A DNA stretch of 64,000 nucleotides from Chrysomallon squamiferum (GCA_012295275.1 CM022672.1:25172001-25236000), one strand, 5' to 3'. Shown: positions 28,975-44,965, numbered from the stretch's first letter. The notes: generated by a model not told the origin, from the letters alone. Translations and numbers: made by a program.

Positions 28975-29565
28975 AAGAAAATGAAAAAGAAAAGAACAAT
29001 TAAAAAGAGAGGATATACTATTTTAAGATTTTCCTGAAATAAAATATTTCACCTATAAAACGAAGCGGAAAAACCTTCTCTGAGTTCACATACGTGAAAC
29101 GGATCTTTTGAAAATGTCACATTTCCGTGACATTGTTATTTTCGTAACTGTTCGTCGTCCACTTGAGCAGTGAGTTTTCGCGACCGAGTTCAGCACAGGG
29201 TCAAACAACAACGAACAATATTGTTAATAAGTCGCGTTTAATACGATTAGACTTGATTGGTCAACATCTCGAAGGCTTTGTAATACGCTTACGTAACTTG
29301 GCTTGCGACATGCTTTAATAGGAGGGATATAGTAAAGACGTGAGAAATTATGGAATGTTACACACGTCTGTTTAACTTTGACGTCGGTGGCCTAGATCCT
29401 TGTTGAGCTCGGGCTATCAATATCCTGCAGTTACTATAAATAATAAGAAAATATAATGACTAGATTAAAATTCTATATTTCTACTAAATACTGATTTTTG
29501 TTACAGAACTATTTTTACTTCGATAAATTACTTATTATTTCCACTCCTCATACACACATACACAC

Positions 29566-29638
<73 letters not shown>

Positions 29639-29639
29639 G

Positions 29640-29804
29640 TTTTCCATTATTTTCAGCAACGTTTTAAATAGCCAATCTAAAGAAATACGATTGCAATCAC
29701 ATTATACTTCATGATAATAATATAAACTGAAGTTACTATTCAAAATCGTGTCTGTACATTTCAAGAGACTTATAGAAATGTGATTTTCTTATTTACTTTG
29801 AAAT
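29640..29804 (+). repeat. Dispersed copy of 27895-28042, flanked by (TA)-type microsatellite
   Basis: By eye, about 10 substitutions over about 148 aligned bp plus two indels. Left flank (TA)n(TATATG)n about 29568-29637; right flank TATATATATA. Confidence 0.92.
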
Positions 29805-32180
29805 TAATTATATATATAAATAAATTTTTTGAAACGACTTTGTAAAGAAATGCAAAAGCGATCAAAGGCAAAGGTTTTTTCTTTTCCTTTCCGATTAAAA
29901 ATAAAATAAAATAAAATAAAATTCTGTTTCCTTTCATCTTCTGCGTTTGCTCCTTTTTTCTTTCAAAAATTTGTTTTTATTCCAGTAAAATTTAAAAACT
30001 CTTTCTTTAGAAGAAACTAGATCAAAAGAATTACACTGTTATCGAGGTACTTGTTAACTCTGCCGCAATGGAACCATGCAGTCATCTTTTTTCTTTTCTA
30101 AATTCTTAATAACAATAACAGTGAATTTCTGTTAGATGCCATTAATGTACTGTGTGTGTGTGTGTTCCTTTATGTACGAACGTGTATAGATGTAAACAAA
30201 AATGTGAGTGCATTTGCTTATTATCGTATGTGTGCGTTTGTGTGTGTGTGTGTGAAACTATGTATGTACGTATTACACATGATTAAAAGCGGGTATGTGA
30301 AAGTGTGTGTTTACTCAGGCTGATACACAAAATTCAAAACGTTATTTAATTATTATATTCTGTATATAGTCAATACACAAACACATCAATATCAGAAAGA
30401 GTGACAGCACCATCATCAACTACCACAGCATCATCATCATCATCAGTAATAACAATAAAGGCACTGCAGCAGAGAAAACAACTATATCATTATCATCATC
30501 GAAAGCACCATCATCATCATCATCAGCAACAACAGCGACATTGCCAACAATCACAACAACAGCATCATTACTGTAAAACAAACCTATTCCACATATTTAC
30601 AAACAACAAAAAAACTTTCCAACGGATATAAATTATCTTCAGAGATCAACAATTTGTCATTCTCGACACATTCCTGCTACCATTACCAACGAACCCTACC
30701 GAGAACTCTATTATACACGTACATTTTTACACCCATTATCTCCGTTTCACCACCAAAGCTTCGTCTTTTCACGGGGATGGGTAATCCCACTACTTTCATA
30801 TCCTAATCCTAAAAACATAATTCACCCTTTGACAAAGACCCATCATCGAGAGCAAAACGCCTGAAGCGTGCCAAGCAAAAATAGAAAAAAAAACAAAAAA
30901 AAAAAAAAAAAAAAAGATACATGAAACCTAACTCCAAAACGCAGGACCCGTCTTCTTTAGATGATGGTATCAAATAGCTGTTGTAAATCTAATATCTCCA
31001 TTGTCTGGTTTCATGGTCTGTACGTTTATATTGTTGTCGTAGTTGTTATTGTGAAACGCAGGACAAAGAAACTAGGGTGCTATATGCATAAAATAAATTC
31101 AAAGTGACACGTATTTTGTTCAGAGCCAGACGGATGTCGTGTGGTGCAAATATGTTTAAGTGAATGATGTACAGATTTTTGGCAGTAAAATGAATGCTGT
31201 GAATCACCAGGTGTTTCTGAAGATACTGAATGTGTATGCATGTGTATGTGTGTGTGTATGTGGTGTGTGGGCCGGTAGTTAAATAGGTATGGATGCATAT
31301 ATGTAGATAGGTGGGTAGGTAGGTAGATGTTTGAAGTAGGTCATAAATTAGGGAAAAAGGTAAAAATTTTGTTAAATTCGTGTTATAACAGTATAAAGTT
31401 AGCGGAATCTATTTAATTTACTTTATAAAGACATTAATATCTGTTCAATCATTATGACATCTTTAACATAATTACCGTGAAAATATTCTCTAATTCTCAA
31501 CAGTTCTGATTCTTTACTAAACTGATTTCTCTTTGTGGAAATGATCAAATTTGGTAATCTCATTTACTTTTTTACTTCTTCGGCAAACACTGGAGACTTG
31601 TTGCTGAATCTGGTTAGTTAATTAACTCTGAAGCTCGGAGAAATGATTGTATTATGGTGACACTGCAGCCTCTCAGACATAAAGACGACGATTTGATTGT
31701 TTCTTAATAACAGACTGCAGACGTCCCAGTCGTTGTATTACTTCATCGTCACCGTAGCATGGCGTGGAAGCTCTGCGGGACTGTGATGTCAATATAATTG
31801 TATTCTCGTTAACTGTATGTCTGCAGTGTATAGAAATGTAATATAAAGTAATGTTTACAATACTCTGATGCAAAAACTTACATAATTCCAGATTTAGATA
31901 AAGCTTAACAAGGAATAGATACTTCGAATATTAGACTCGTTTATTTTGTTTGCAGTGCTTTACTACTGCTGCTACTAGTGCTGCTACTTCTACAACTACC
32001 GCTACTTGTACTATTACCTCCACTACTACTAAAAGAGCAACAGCAACAACAACTGCTACTACAGTTACTATTGCTTCTACAACAAATTTCATTACTGCTG
32101 CTACCACTACTTATTAATAATTTTATATAATATCGTCCATACCTATGCGGATTTAAATCTGTTTAAAACATGTATCAATT

Positions 32181-32225
<45 letters not shown>

Positions 32226-33491
32226 TATATGACCTGTAAACAAACAATCAAAGACAAACAAAAATTATTTACAGTGAAAAAGTCTAAAAAAAGAGAAAGA
32301 AATCCTAGGTATGCATACATTCTATCTTTTTTATATTTAATTAAACCGTATTTGAATATATTCAGAATGACACACACTATCTTTTTATTTTTAAAAATAT
32401 TCATTCTTCTTGGTAATTCACTTTCGCCCTCTATTTCGAAGGTAAATCGTTTCTAGTGTGCAATATTATTCATGAAAATTAAACAGCCCAAACTATCTCG
32501 GTATCCTGCAGATTGCACGATGCATACTGAAAAAGGTCAGAACGTAGGAAATTGCAACAAGTATGATTAATCGAAGACGACTTCGGTTGACTAGTCGATA
32601 CAGTTATAAACCAGCACATGTATTATGTGTCTTATAATTGGATTTGTGACTGCGACAAGGCTGCAGTATCGATCCCTATCTCTTCGTTAATTATGTATTC
32701 AAGTAAGCTGTAACGCACAGCGATAAGACAAAGACAGATGATAGATACCCTGAAAAATTCATGAATCCGTCAACGAGCCGAACAGAAGATCATGACGGTT
32801 TGCTGACGTTTACACAATTACTTTTTTTAAAATATTTTTTTAAGAAAAAAAAACACAAATAGTATCCAAAGGAAGGTGAATTAATAATGGGTTTAGCTGA
32901 TGAAATGAATTATTAGTGAAGAAAACAGTGTGAGGATTAGTTGCTGGTTTACTAATGCAAATGCAAATTAAGTTTAGAACCTGTTTCCCGGCACTTCTCA
33001 CGTGTCGACAGAAACACGTCTGTAGAATATTGTGTTCAGTAATCGAAAATGAGTAAGCAAAGAACATCAGTTATTTTATGATACTCGTTAATACTGTTAA
33101 CTGGGGAAGAAATGTGACGAATAAAGAAAACAAAAAATCATCAAAGAAACATACTGGTTTTGCTGATCATCACAGAACAGTGACTGGAATTTTGATTTAC
33201 TCGACAGAGACTTTCCTAAACCACTGTAGTTAAGATGTCATATTATTATTTTTTATTTTTTAATAAAATGATATTGTTATTTTTATTATTTTTAAAAACA
33301 GACATTTCTAATGCAAATGGTTTCAAATCATTTTCTTAATAGCAAAGATTGACATTTATATTACAGATCAAATTGGGCATGAACATCTGTTATTACATTT
33401 CACACCCAAAAATATCATCAATATCTTGGGCAACATTCTGTTACTTCATTAGAAATATATATATATAAAAAAAACAACATTGTGGCATATT

Positions 33492-33753
33492 TACAGCAGT
33501 TTTTCCTTCACGAAAATAATTAAACTACTAAGTTTTGTTAATTTTCGACAAGAATCTCTCTGTTCATTTATAATTACCTCCATACGAGCTGAAGATTGTA
33601 AAGACGAACAGAAAACTTTAATATGAAACACTTGTAGACTAACAATACAGCTGTTTTCCCCCTAACGAAAATAATGAAACTAGTTAATTTTGTTAGTTTT
33701 CTACAAGAATCTCTTGTCAAATTTGACTTCATCTGTAATTATTTCCATACGAG
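33492..33753. repeat. Diverged local duplication of about 100 bp (33492-33588 and 33646-33753)
   Basis: Shared TACAGC.GTTTT, ACGAAAATAAT.AAACTA, TTTTGTTA.TTTTC.ACAAGAATCTCT, TAATTA..TCCATACGAG. Confidence 0.9.
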
Positions 33754-34633
33754 TGAGGAGATGACGACAAATGCATTGACTGCAAACACGTGAAGAGAAA
33801 ACAGATTGGCCACAAAACTGAAAACGAGGCTGTTAGCGCCCACTTGGACTGATTAGCTGCAAAGTTTGAGGCAGAAGTAACAACGCTAACGATCCCCAGC
33901 TGCAAATGGGAAGCGGTGAAAAGTTCAGTTACAACTGGGGAACTTCACAGCGGACGCTAGCGGCTTCAAGTACCACTCCAGTGGTGTGAAAATATTCCTT
34001 TCATTGAAAAGACATGTTTTATAACAAGTCATTATTGTGACATTTGGCTGAACATGTTTCAGACAAGGATCAAGGGGGACTAAAAAAAAAAGGTGGGAGG
34101 TGCAGACATTAAATTTCTAAATGCCTGCTGAGAAGTTACTTTAATTTGGTTTACAGACTGATATGGGAAAATACACACTTCTAAATGTCCACCTACTTCA
34201 CGTATAATTATAAGTACGAGGAAATGAAAAACATGGCTCTAAAAAGAACTTTCAGATGTATGGTGTATTTCGTGAAGGTTGGATTCTGCACTGAAACACA
34301 TAGAGCAACAACAAAGAAAAATCAGAAGTTAATTGCAGAACATCTATAAAAATTACAATTTCATATTTCAGGAAAAAACATCTCAGTATTTTTTTTTTTC
34401 TGTGGCCTCCAAGCTTCTTTCCCTTCCCCGCCTGTTTCTACTAATGACTTTCAGTGCATGCGTCCACGTGTTGGTTAATTAATGAATTTAAATTAATAAA
34501 TAGTAGTGGACCAGCTACATTAATGTTTGCTAGTTTTCAAGTACATATTTTACTAAATTCAGTTTACTTTTAAATGTGATTAAAATGTATTTATTTTTTA
34601 CCTTTTTTTTTTTTTTTTTTTTACTAATTAAAT

Positions 34634-34774
<141 letters not shown>

Positions 34775-36983
34775 TCTTTAATTTTGGTACAAACTGTCGA
34801 TTAATGTTTAATTATGAAGTACTGTTAACCTGGTATATCTATCTATATATATTATATTAACATCATATTACATTTTTATTTCATGGTTAAACGAGAAACA
34901 TATCTAATGCACTATATTTAATTATCGTATTAAACCGATCTTGATCCTTCTTAATCTTTATGTTCCACGCATTACTAACGTTAATTCTTAACATTCATAA
35001 ACTTGCGTAAGACTTTGGTATATTACTGCATTTGTGTTACGTAAGATGGGAATAAACGGTTCTCTATTCAACGGGTTGTAAAAATCGAGACAGCAAGACT
35101 GTCTTAAATAAAAGAACAAAAACACAGACAGCTTTTATAACCGCTTCACTCGAACCAACAAATTCCAAAAGGTAATGAAGCCTCGTAATGAAAAGAGTTG
35201 CGCAGATAATTACAATTAACGACGATGACGACGTCAGCGTAATGATGACGGCGACTTTGTTTGATACATCATCGACTTTGTGTAATTTCATTGTCCGAAA
35301 TTTTTTATGTTTTCTGTGAAACACCCTGAAGTCAAATATTTTGTGTTCGCTGGCACATTAAAATAAGCATTCACCTACTCATTATTCATTAGACTGTAGA
35401 TAAACAATACAAATAGTTGTAATTATTTACTCAATCGCTCTGTCATCAAGTTATAATCAGAACAGATAATTCGTGCAAGACATCGTAGCTAACTTATTCA
35501 TGTCGATAGTGCGGCCAGTGAAAGGCAATTTAGATTTTTCATTATGTACAATAATATTATTGCTTATGGTTCAAGTATGTTATTGAGAACTTTATGAAAC
35601 ACCACGATATAGGAAGATATTAACGGAATAGTACACCTTTCCCTGTATATAAAGACTTCAGATGGTATTACAGTAAATAATAGTTAGGTTAAGAGTGGAA
35701 TGTAGTTAAATTTAAACTTATCTACAATTTTCAGATAATTCCTAATATTGTAAATTATAGCAGAGTAAATATTATTAAATTATCATTTTAGTCAAACGAG
35801 AAAAGAAAAAAAGGTAACAGATAATAAATATGTTATACATAAATAAACTGAAACTTTTATATTTTGCTATTACATAATAATTTCTAGCTGCAGTATATTT
35901 TATAAATGCATGTAATTGTATGGAAGATTCATATAAAAGACTTCAGTACATTAAGTCTATTAACAAAGTGGCTCCAAGAAGACCTCCTTGTCTGACACCA
36001 GCATAATGCAACATAATGAGCGGGACGTTTTCTACTCGGGAAACTAAACATTTAAACCACTGCGTGAATTATTCGCCATTTGTTACTCTGATTTGCTGTT
36101 ATACCTGCCCATTCACTCGAACAGAATGAAGAGTGGTGGGCAGTTATCCCTTCAGGGGAGGATGTCTGGGGGTAACATCAGTGAAGCACAAATCTCTATT
36201 GTTAAACGATTGCATCTTTCTGTTATTTCAAATGAACATTTGTATTCGCCGTCACGTCTAGAATCCAACGAACAAGTTCAGTCGTTTACGCGATAAAATT
36301 AAATATTTGCGCGCATTTGTGTCGTCTGCACGAGTTACCTCGGCAGTCGGCGGGCTCGTATTAAAGAAAATAAACCGAGATTTACCGAGTAAATAGAAAT
36401 GTGCAAAATAAATATTTGCTTCGTGTAAACATTAGGTATGCTATGGGTTATAAAAAAAGGTGTAACAGTCTCTACAGAATTTATTGTCGAAGTTCTGTAT
36501 TATTGTTTATATATTATGTGAAGTAACATAATACTTGAGGAATAATATGTGGAATGTAGACGTAGGTTTACGTAGAATTACGTCACAGGTTAAGGCAATC
36601 CAATCAAAGGATGACCTTTCAAGACGTATTATGTAATATACACAGCTAAGTCTGAAATTCTCATTACGCCACGATAATAATAGTATTATCAAGATCAGTA
36701 GGCAAAGTATTATACATGTAAATAAATAAATAAATAAATAAATAAATACATTTTCTTTGATTTTACTAAAATCTTACTAAAGATGCCGTTATTATTATAA
36801 ACAAAATCAATAAACAAACTCTAAGAACTCAAATCAAGGTAAAAAAAAAAAAAAATACATTGAAATAATAAAACAAAAAAGGTAATAACAAAAATGAAAC
36901 GACAACAACAATAATAATTAAATTAAATAATAAGGGCTAAAATAAACCGACTGATTAATATATTTATTAATAATAATAATTAG

Positions 36984-37016
<33 letters not shown>

Positions 37017-37764
37017 TAATATATTTATATATTTATTTTTGACATAAACCAGCCAGAGCCGTCTAAAAAGATTTCTCCAAAAATCCAGAATTTAGAAAAA
37101 TTGTGTCCAAATTCTACTTAATGTCCATCTTAGAGCTTTCAAATACGTGTGATAAAAACAAGAAGATTTTCAGATAATGTATGCAGAGAAATGTTATCTT
37201 CCTGTCAGAGAACATAAATCGTGTTACTTTACACGCCGAGAGACGCTGATAACAAAATCGTTTGTCGACATTATAAAAGCCGTCGCTAATCTTTCCTTCT
37301 TTTTGTACAGCATGCAGGAACGTTTTGTAGTGTTCATTCCATTATCGTCTCCAGATATTATTGCTCTCTAAGCTTTTAACACTCTGCCTCGTTCATAAAT
37401 CAAACTAACATAAAAGCTTTCCGCCACTGTCGTTTGTGGTTTGTGTGGTAAATTCCACCATTTCGGAGCACCGTTTGCCGCGATCTAAAACAAAATAGAG
37501 TAATAATTTATAGAAATTGTTTTAAAACCCATTTCGAATGAGCATTAAAAAAAAAAAAAAAAAAAAAAAAATGTAAACCATCACAAAGAAAAAAAACCCC
37601 TCTAAAAACAAATGAAATAGCATAATAATAGATAGAATACAAAGTAGCAAAAACAAAGATTTATTTCTAAATGCACATTCAAAATAATGCAAGTTTATAT
37701 ATAAATTCACAATTTTTCTTCTTATTTTTTTTTTCTTATTTATTTGTTCATTTATTATTTGATA

Positions 37765-37807
<43 letters not shown>

Positions 37808-38721
37808 TTTTAATTTTATTATTATTATTTATTTTTTTCACCGAGACTTACTAATGATTAAAAGAATAACTTATGGTAGAAGAATTATTAGAGGGAAAAA
37901 TAAATTTTAAAAATTTCAGTTCTAATAAACATTAAATGTCAGGAAAATATTTAAAAACTGGAATTAAGGCTCTTTTGATATTTTATTTTCTTTTAAGAAA
38001 AAATTAACTCAAATGTCAACAAATAAAGAAAGAACGACGGTAATAACAAAGCATTACAATCCATCATCTAAAATAACAAACCCTTTGCGACTGAAATTTA
38101 CTGTTACAACAGTAATACCGACGAAATTAATTAAAGTACAGTGGTTTTCACTTTTCCATCGATTTCGTAGTATATAAAAAAAAAAAAAAAAAAGAAGAAG
38201 ATTAATGCATAGATTTTGGTTGCTAGGCAACAACATACATTTACATAACGAATTAGCTGCAAAGCCAAAGCTCATGTAAATACGTCTTTGTTGATGTAAA
38301 TTTAACATTTATCAAATACAGAAATAATGATACATCTGTTTGAAACCTAATAACAATCAACTCAAAATATATCCTGTCAAATATTTCTTGTTTAATCATT
38401 ATACAGGAGAAAACACACATACAGACGCCATTATAAGGTAATACAGTTGCATGATCTAGAAACAAGAAATCTTTTGCGAAGAAGTTTCATAAAGTCAGGA
38501 AATTACATACCACATACCTTGATCCTCGTTATACGCTGGCTGGAATGGGAAATAGCACTAAAGAAGCATCAAGCATCAATCATGACTTGAACAAGCATCA
38601 TAACCAACCATCATCCACAGAACATAACAAACATAAATATACATGTATAAACAGGATATTTCTGTTTTGTATCCGAGTTTTTTGTTCTCTATCAATTTAA
38701 TCAAGTTCTATACCAACATTA

Positions 38722-38758
<37 letters not shown>

Positions 38759-39728
38759 TTACTTCTCTTGTCTGAAATTTTCTTATCACCTGAACCTTTT
38801 TACCATTTGTATTTGAAACCTACCTGAAATTGTTGATCCAAACATAGTCGTTTGAACCTTAACCTTTTGTACCAGAACCTTAACGCACCTTCAGTATCTG
38901 AACCTAGATGTTCCGATTGTTTAATCATTTAGTGCCCACAAAATGTTGAGTTTTCTGAATCTGAATCTTACCTATCATCACCTGAACTCAAACCCCCGAC
39001 TAAAAGCCATCATTTCTTGCCTGGTTTCTATCTTTATTATTAAGAAGCTCATATATCAGCTGCAGTAAGTCTCTAATGACTCGTAAGTTATATACGTAAT
39101 ATATCAGCTTGGGTGTGTAAATAAAAACGTAAATCTGCACTGAATAACGGGTAAATGGAGTAAACTGGATAATGAGTGTTATAAACAAATAAATGATTGA
39201 TACAGGCCAGACTGTTCCTTTAAAGTTTGTATGTTAATATTATTTTCTTTTTTTATAAAGAAGAAAGAAGGGAACACGTATGCTACTCATTGTCGTTAGA
39301 GTTTGTCGTTAGAGTTTGAAAAATAATTTTGTACAATAATAAATAATAATTCGTTCTGTTTATATATATGTATATATATATTTTATATAATAATATACAC
39401 ACATACACTCATAAAACTGAAAGAAAGAAAAAAATGTGATTTTAACTCTTCTTGTTAATATTACTGGTATCATTATCATCAAAAACAACATCATTAACTT
39501 TCAATGTTCTGTTAATAAAACAACAGAATCATTGTTGTTATAATTACTTGAGCAAGAGTGAAGAACAGTTTAGTATATTCACTATTGCATTTAAGAAACA
39601 TGTTTTTAAATGGTTTTTTTTTTTTGGGGGGAAAAGGAAAAATAAAAAGAAAGAAAGAAATATTTTCTAAAGCTGCATACTTTAAGTAAATTATTTTGTC
39701 TTTGAAGTTCGAGAAAACACGAAAAGAC

Positions 39729-39761
<33 letters not shown>

Positions 39762-41188
39762 GAGAAACCACAACAGCAACAAAAAAAAAAAGAGAGAAAA
39801 AACTACATATGTTTTTTTTGTTGTTGTTGTTTTTTTAATCTTTTCCAGACTCTTGTTCAAAGAATAAACTTGGAACCATAAGCACACAAAAATCTGCTTG
39901 AAACATGCAACCACGTGCACCAAAAACCCCTCAACGGATCTTGCTTCTGAAATCTCGAGCCTGGCTTGGACTAACCACGTAACGAGTAGCTAGCTCGGTT
40001 ATTTAACGAAAAACAGATGCAGTAATAAAATTCACATTTATCCGAGTGTTGAAAAACAGATTGGGAGCGATTATTCGAGGCGCGCTGATGTAACGAACAA
40101 AAGCTGATCAGTGATGGGTTAGTAAGTATGTGTAACAAAGCTTATTTGCACAGAGCCTCACTGTTTCTGGCAGATAAAAACAAAATTCCCTCGCTGAAGT
40201 CGAGAGATAGCGAAACACTGTTCGTTTAAAACGTTTTAACAGTATCTCTTTCTGCGAAAGTCATAAACGATTACAGTGATCTCATTGCATAACGAATGGT
40301 GGATGGAGAACGTTTTCCTTCAGTGGATTCTCTTCTGAGTTGTGCAAAAAAAAACATGATTGTGATTTTTATATATATATTTCATTCTTATATACATATA
40401 TATATTTTATAATATATATATTTTATATTTTTAAAATCTATATTCGTGCATAACAATGATGTGCGGAAGTTTTCTTCAAAAAATAATATACGTATTGATT
40501 TTCCAGAGTTTAAAAACTGAGATCAGAATGTTGAAAATTAAATTAAAGTTTTCTCGTTTTCAGTGTTGCAAATGTTTTACGTTTTTCTATCATTTTTGTG
40601 TGAATGATTTTGTCTCTTACAAACGCATACATACATACATACATACAGACAGACGAATAGATAATTGTACAAAAGACAGACAGACAGACAAACAGAAACG
40701 GACAAGAGATAACAGAGATAAAAAAAGAGATTCAGTATTCTGAGTATGTATGTATATGTACATTATATACACAACACTGTAAATATATATTCTCATCACA
40801 TGCCGACAAAGAGACTCGAACATGAGACCAGCAGTTTGAAGTCAGATCACGAAGTACAGCTTTAGATGTTCTTGTGGTCATGATAACGTGTGCGTTCAGC
40901 CCCTGTCTGTGTCTGTATAATTATTTGAGTTGCAAATTACTTACACAACTAATTAGGAAAGTGTATTTATTTATTTATTTACTTTTCTTGCGGAAGCAGC
41001 GCTCGTTATTTTCACTGCTAAGTACTCGTGTGAAGGCTGAAAAATAATAATAATAAACAAAAACTGATGGATATATAAAATAATGAAAAAACAGAACTTG
41101 CAGAAAAGTTTTAAGATTATATAGAGTAGAAAAGTGAAGTTTGCCGAAATATTTTTCATACGTACTCTTTCTGTCTCTGCCCCTTAAT

Positions 41189-41191
<3 letters not shown>

Positions 41192-41267
<76 letters not shown>
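41192..41267. repeat. (CT)n microsatellite
   Basis: Directly visible. Confidence 0.98.
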
Positions 41268-41269
<2 letters not shown>

Positions 41270-41793
41270 ATTTCTGTTTACTCATTATCAGCCTCACACC
41301 TAGGAGAGTTCATACGTACTCACTTACACCGATATGACACCCAGTAAACAACTAATAACGCTTAAAACGTCTCATTTAGCAACGTCTAAACTCTTTAGTG
41401 TGAAAACTTCTGCCGAAAAGACAAAACGCACCTGCTGAATGGTGCTGAACTTTCGCTGTCAAAACTAGTAAACCGAACAAAGCAGTCGATCCATAGATCC
41501 TAAAAATAATCGCACAGCTAGGAAATGAGTCGTGTCCACGAGTTTTTCTCTCGTTATAACACACGTACAAGTGATGTTCTGTAAGCACATCGTTCGTGGG
41601 GTAGTTTCAAGATTTCAAAATGACTTACACTCGTCTTTACTTTTTTTTTTTACGGGAAAGGACGTGATTAAATGTACATTCTGTTTCTGAATGAGTGAGT
41701 GAAGAACATACATTTAATAGGAATGTTCTATAACACACGTATAAACACACACACACAAACAAACATATACACACAAACACTAATAATTAATGT

Positions 41794-41796
<3 letters not shown>

Positions 41797-41881
<85 letters not shown>
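41797..41881. repeat. (AG)n microsatellite
   Basis: Directly visible. Confidence 0.98.
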
Positions 41882-41884
<3 letters not shown>

Positions 41885-42483
41885 CACACTGGTGTATTAA
41901 ATATAAACTAATTGGTCCGATCATAAACTATTTTGCTACCTTATAATATATAAAAGCTATAAAATCGGATATCTGCGCCTGCATCATACGCTATACTGAT
42001 AGAAATTTGTACTTTGAAATGTTTATACTTGGAACAGCTAATTTACGTTTCAAACTACGCTGTTTTATATGTCTTTTAACGCCTCTCTTTATCGTGCTAG
42101 ATGCTAAACTATTTGTTGAGAACACAACGTGTATTCGTCCCTTCTCTCTTCCGAGCTTCAGAACCAAGGAATCGACACGATCAAGCGATGACGTTAGCAC
42201 GCGCCAGATTATAAGGGTCTGTTAGTCAGTCAGTGAGGTAATAAAAAAAAAACAGATGTTGAAGATAAGAAACAAGAGATCAGTGAGTAAAATACTTGTT
42301 TATCTCACGACGGAAAAAAACCCACAAAAAGTAGAGAATGAAATCTTTGAATAATAAGTTTGCTTTCATCCAATGGTGAAACGATGAAAATAACAAGAAA
42401 GAGTGTTTTGGTGAGAGACTATGATGTACGTGTTTGGTTTTTGTGGGGAGCGAAAGAGACGGAATGATTAGGATGTTAAAGTT

Positions 42484-42790
<307 letters not shown>

Positions 42791-44839
42791 TCCTGACTCT
42801 GTTTTTTTCCCCTTCCATCATTTTTCTCTTTGTTTTTTTCTTTTCTCTTTCTCATTTCTTTATCGTCTATCTTCCTTCCTTTATAGCTTCCTCATTCCTC
42901 TTCTCTCTAAGCCTAACTTGCACCCTCTCTTTTTCTCCTTCTCTATAAAGATATATAATATTAGTTTGATACAGAAATGTCGATACAATACTTCATCAAA
43001 CCGCTATAAATCACGTTGCACATAACCCAGTGGACCAGAATAATTACGTTTCTGGAAATTAACGCGTAAAGAATGCACATTTAAGTGCACGTTTAAACAG
43101 GACCGTTCTATCGTACGCAGATATTTCTTTCTCAATGAATTCTCCCCGGATAGCTATTCAGCTCTTTATTTTTATTGGTTTAAGATTACACTTTAATGTA
43201 CGATTTTCCAATATATAACATTTGAATTGCGGTTGCAGATAATACGCTCGGATTGACTACAAATTAATCTTACGATAAGAAGTTTTCACACATAGTTCTT
43301 TATCATACACGACTTTATTCACGAATTTGTTTTATCACTGAATAAATATGACGGCGAAGTGGTGGTCCATTCATATTTAAAAAAAATCCATAAGCTGGCA
43401 GTGTTGGTTTATTGGAATATTTAATCGTGTACAACATACCGTGTGAACAGACTACGTCACAGCTGCAAAGCCTACGACTGATTCGACACTGGTCGCAAGA
43501 ATCAGTCATTCTTGTTGCTCACACTACACTTTAACCCGTTCCAGCAAGTGCTCTGTATTTATACTTTCGTGTTTATGGGAAGGTGAATATCAAATATGTT
43601 TTTCTGCTTTCTTTTCTTATATCATAATAAAACTCAACCGTGTATTGACCACTAATAACCGTTATTATCAAAATATGCGGAGATGTCATTAAATCTCTCC
43701 GGTTTCAAGACGTCATGCCGTTTGGGACAACATTTCTTCGTATTCTTCGTGGAGACAAACACAGACTGGCCAGTTTGTCGCTGCTTGATTACTGATTCCA
43801 GCGGAAAACAGAATAAACGACCAATTCCAACCAATTCAACAACACTAATGAAAGCCGGTTAGAACTGGTAAATAAGGATCCGCGGAGGGTGATTTCAAGC
43901 ATTAAAGAAAGTCGATTCACAAATTAAAGGTTTTTCGATCGTCTAACATTATCAGGCTCAATAATAGTTGTAAGATGTTTGGGGGTTTTGGGGGGGGTTA
44001 TTCTTTTTTTTTTTTTTTTTTTTTTTAAACTGAAAGTTTGAGATAAAAATATATAATGTTATACAAATTTAAATACTGTTATAAATTTTGAATATTAGTT
44101 TTGTATGTGTTTTGTTGGTTTGATAACATAGTTTACTTTTTTGTTTTTGCTATGTATAAGATATAAAGCAAATGATTCTCATCTTCACATAATTTTCCAA
44201 ACACATTTTACGTGTAAATGATTACAAACCCATTAAAATTAAAATGAAATTGGAACATTTTAAAAGAATAATAAAAAAATAAAACCTATAACAAATAAAT
44301 AGGTTCTCTCACTCAAAAAAAACAAAAAAACTTCCATATAATTAGTTTCAGCTTTTCGTTTTTATGTTTGGGGTACCTGTAAGTGTGCCAATAGATTAAC
44401 ATTCATCAGCGACACTAATGTCACAGGTGCAAAACACGTATTTCTCTCACCAGGAATATTTTCATAGATTTATGAGCTGAGCCTTGTCTTTGGTTGCAGT
44501 AAAAAGAGGATTTCATGCACACACTATGTGTTAATTGTACCCTCACACTGATCGGGTTTCTGTCCATCAAATGAACTGGAAATGCTTTTATATTATTATT
44601 TATTATAATGTCCACACCAAAATATTGATTTACTACGTTTTTAAGATGTGGCCAGTAGGCGAACTGGAATGACTGATTTTCGGGTCAGATGGAGGTTAGA
44701 TGATTTGTAGAGTTGTTATTCAAGGACGAAAATTGGATGTGGAAATGATAAACGGTGGTGTAAAATGTTTGAAGAATAAACAGATTCAGCAAAATAAATC
44801 TGTGAATGTACGTGTGCGTGTATGCACCTCTCTCTTTCT

Positions 44840-44965
44840 GTATATGTATGTATGTATGTGTGTGTGTGTGTATGTATGTATGTGTATATGTATGTATGTA
44901 TGCATGTATGTATGTATGTATGTATGTATGTATGTATGTATGTATGTATGTGTGTGTGTGTATGC
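44840..44965. repeat. (TATG)n/(TG)n compound microsatellite
   Basis: Directly visible. Confidence 0.95.

Noticed and set aside
33757-33960. Protein-like frame with CxxC and an in-frame TGA (possible selenocysteine)
   Set aside because: No start or convincing splice sites, no SECIS-like structure seen, no family resemblance.
34060-34445. Possible very old MITE with a G-rich left end and C-rich right end
   Set aside because: I could not define TIRs or a TSD by eye.
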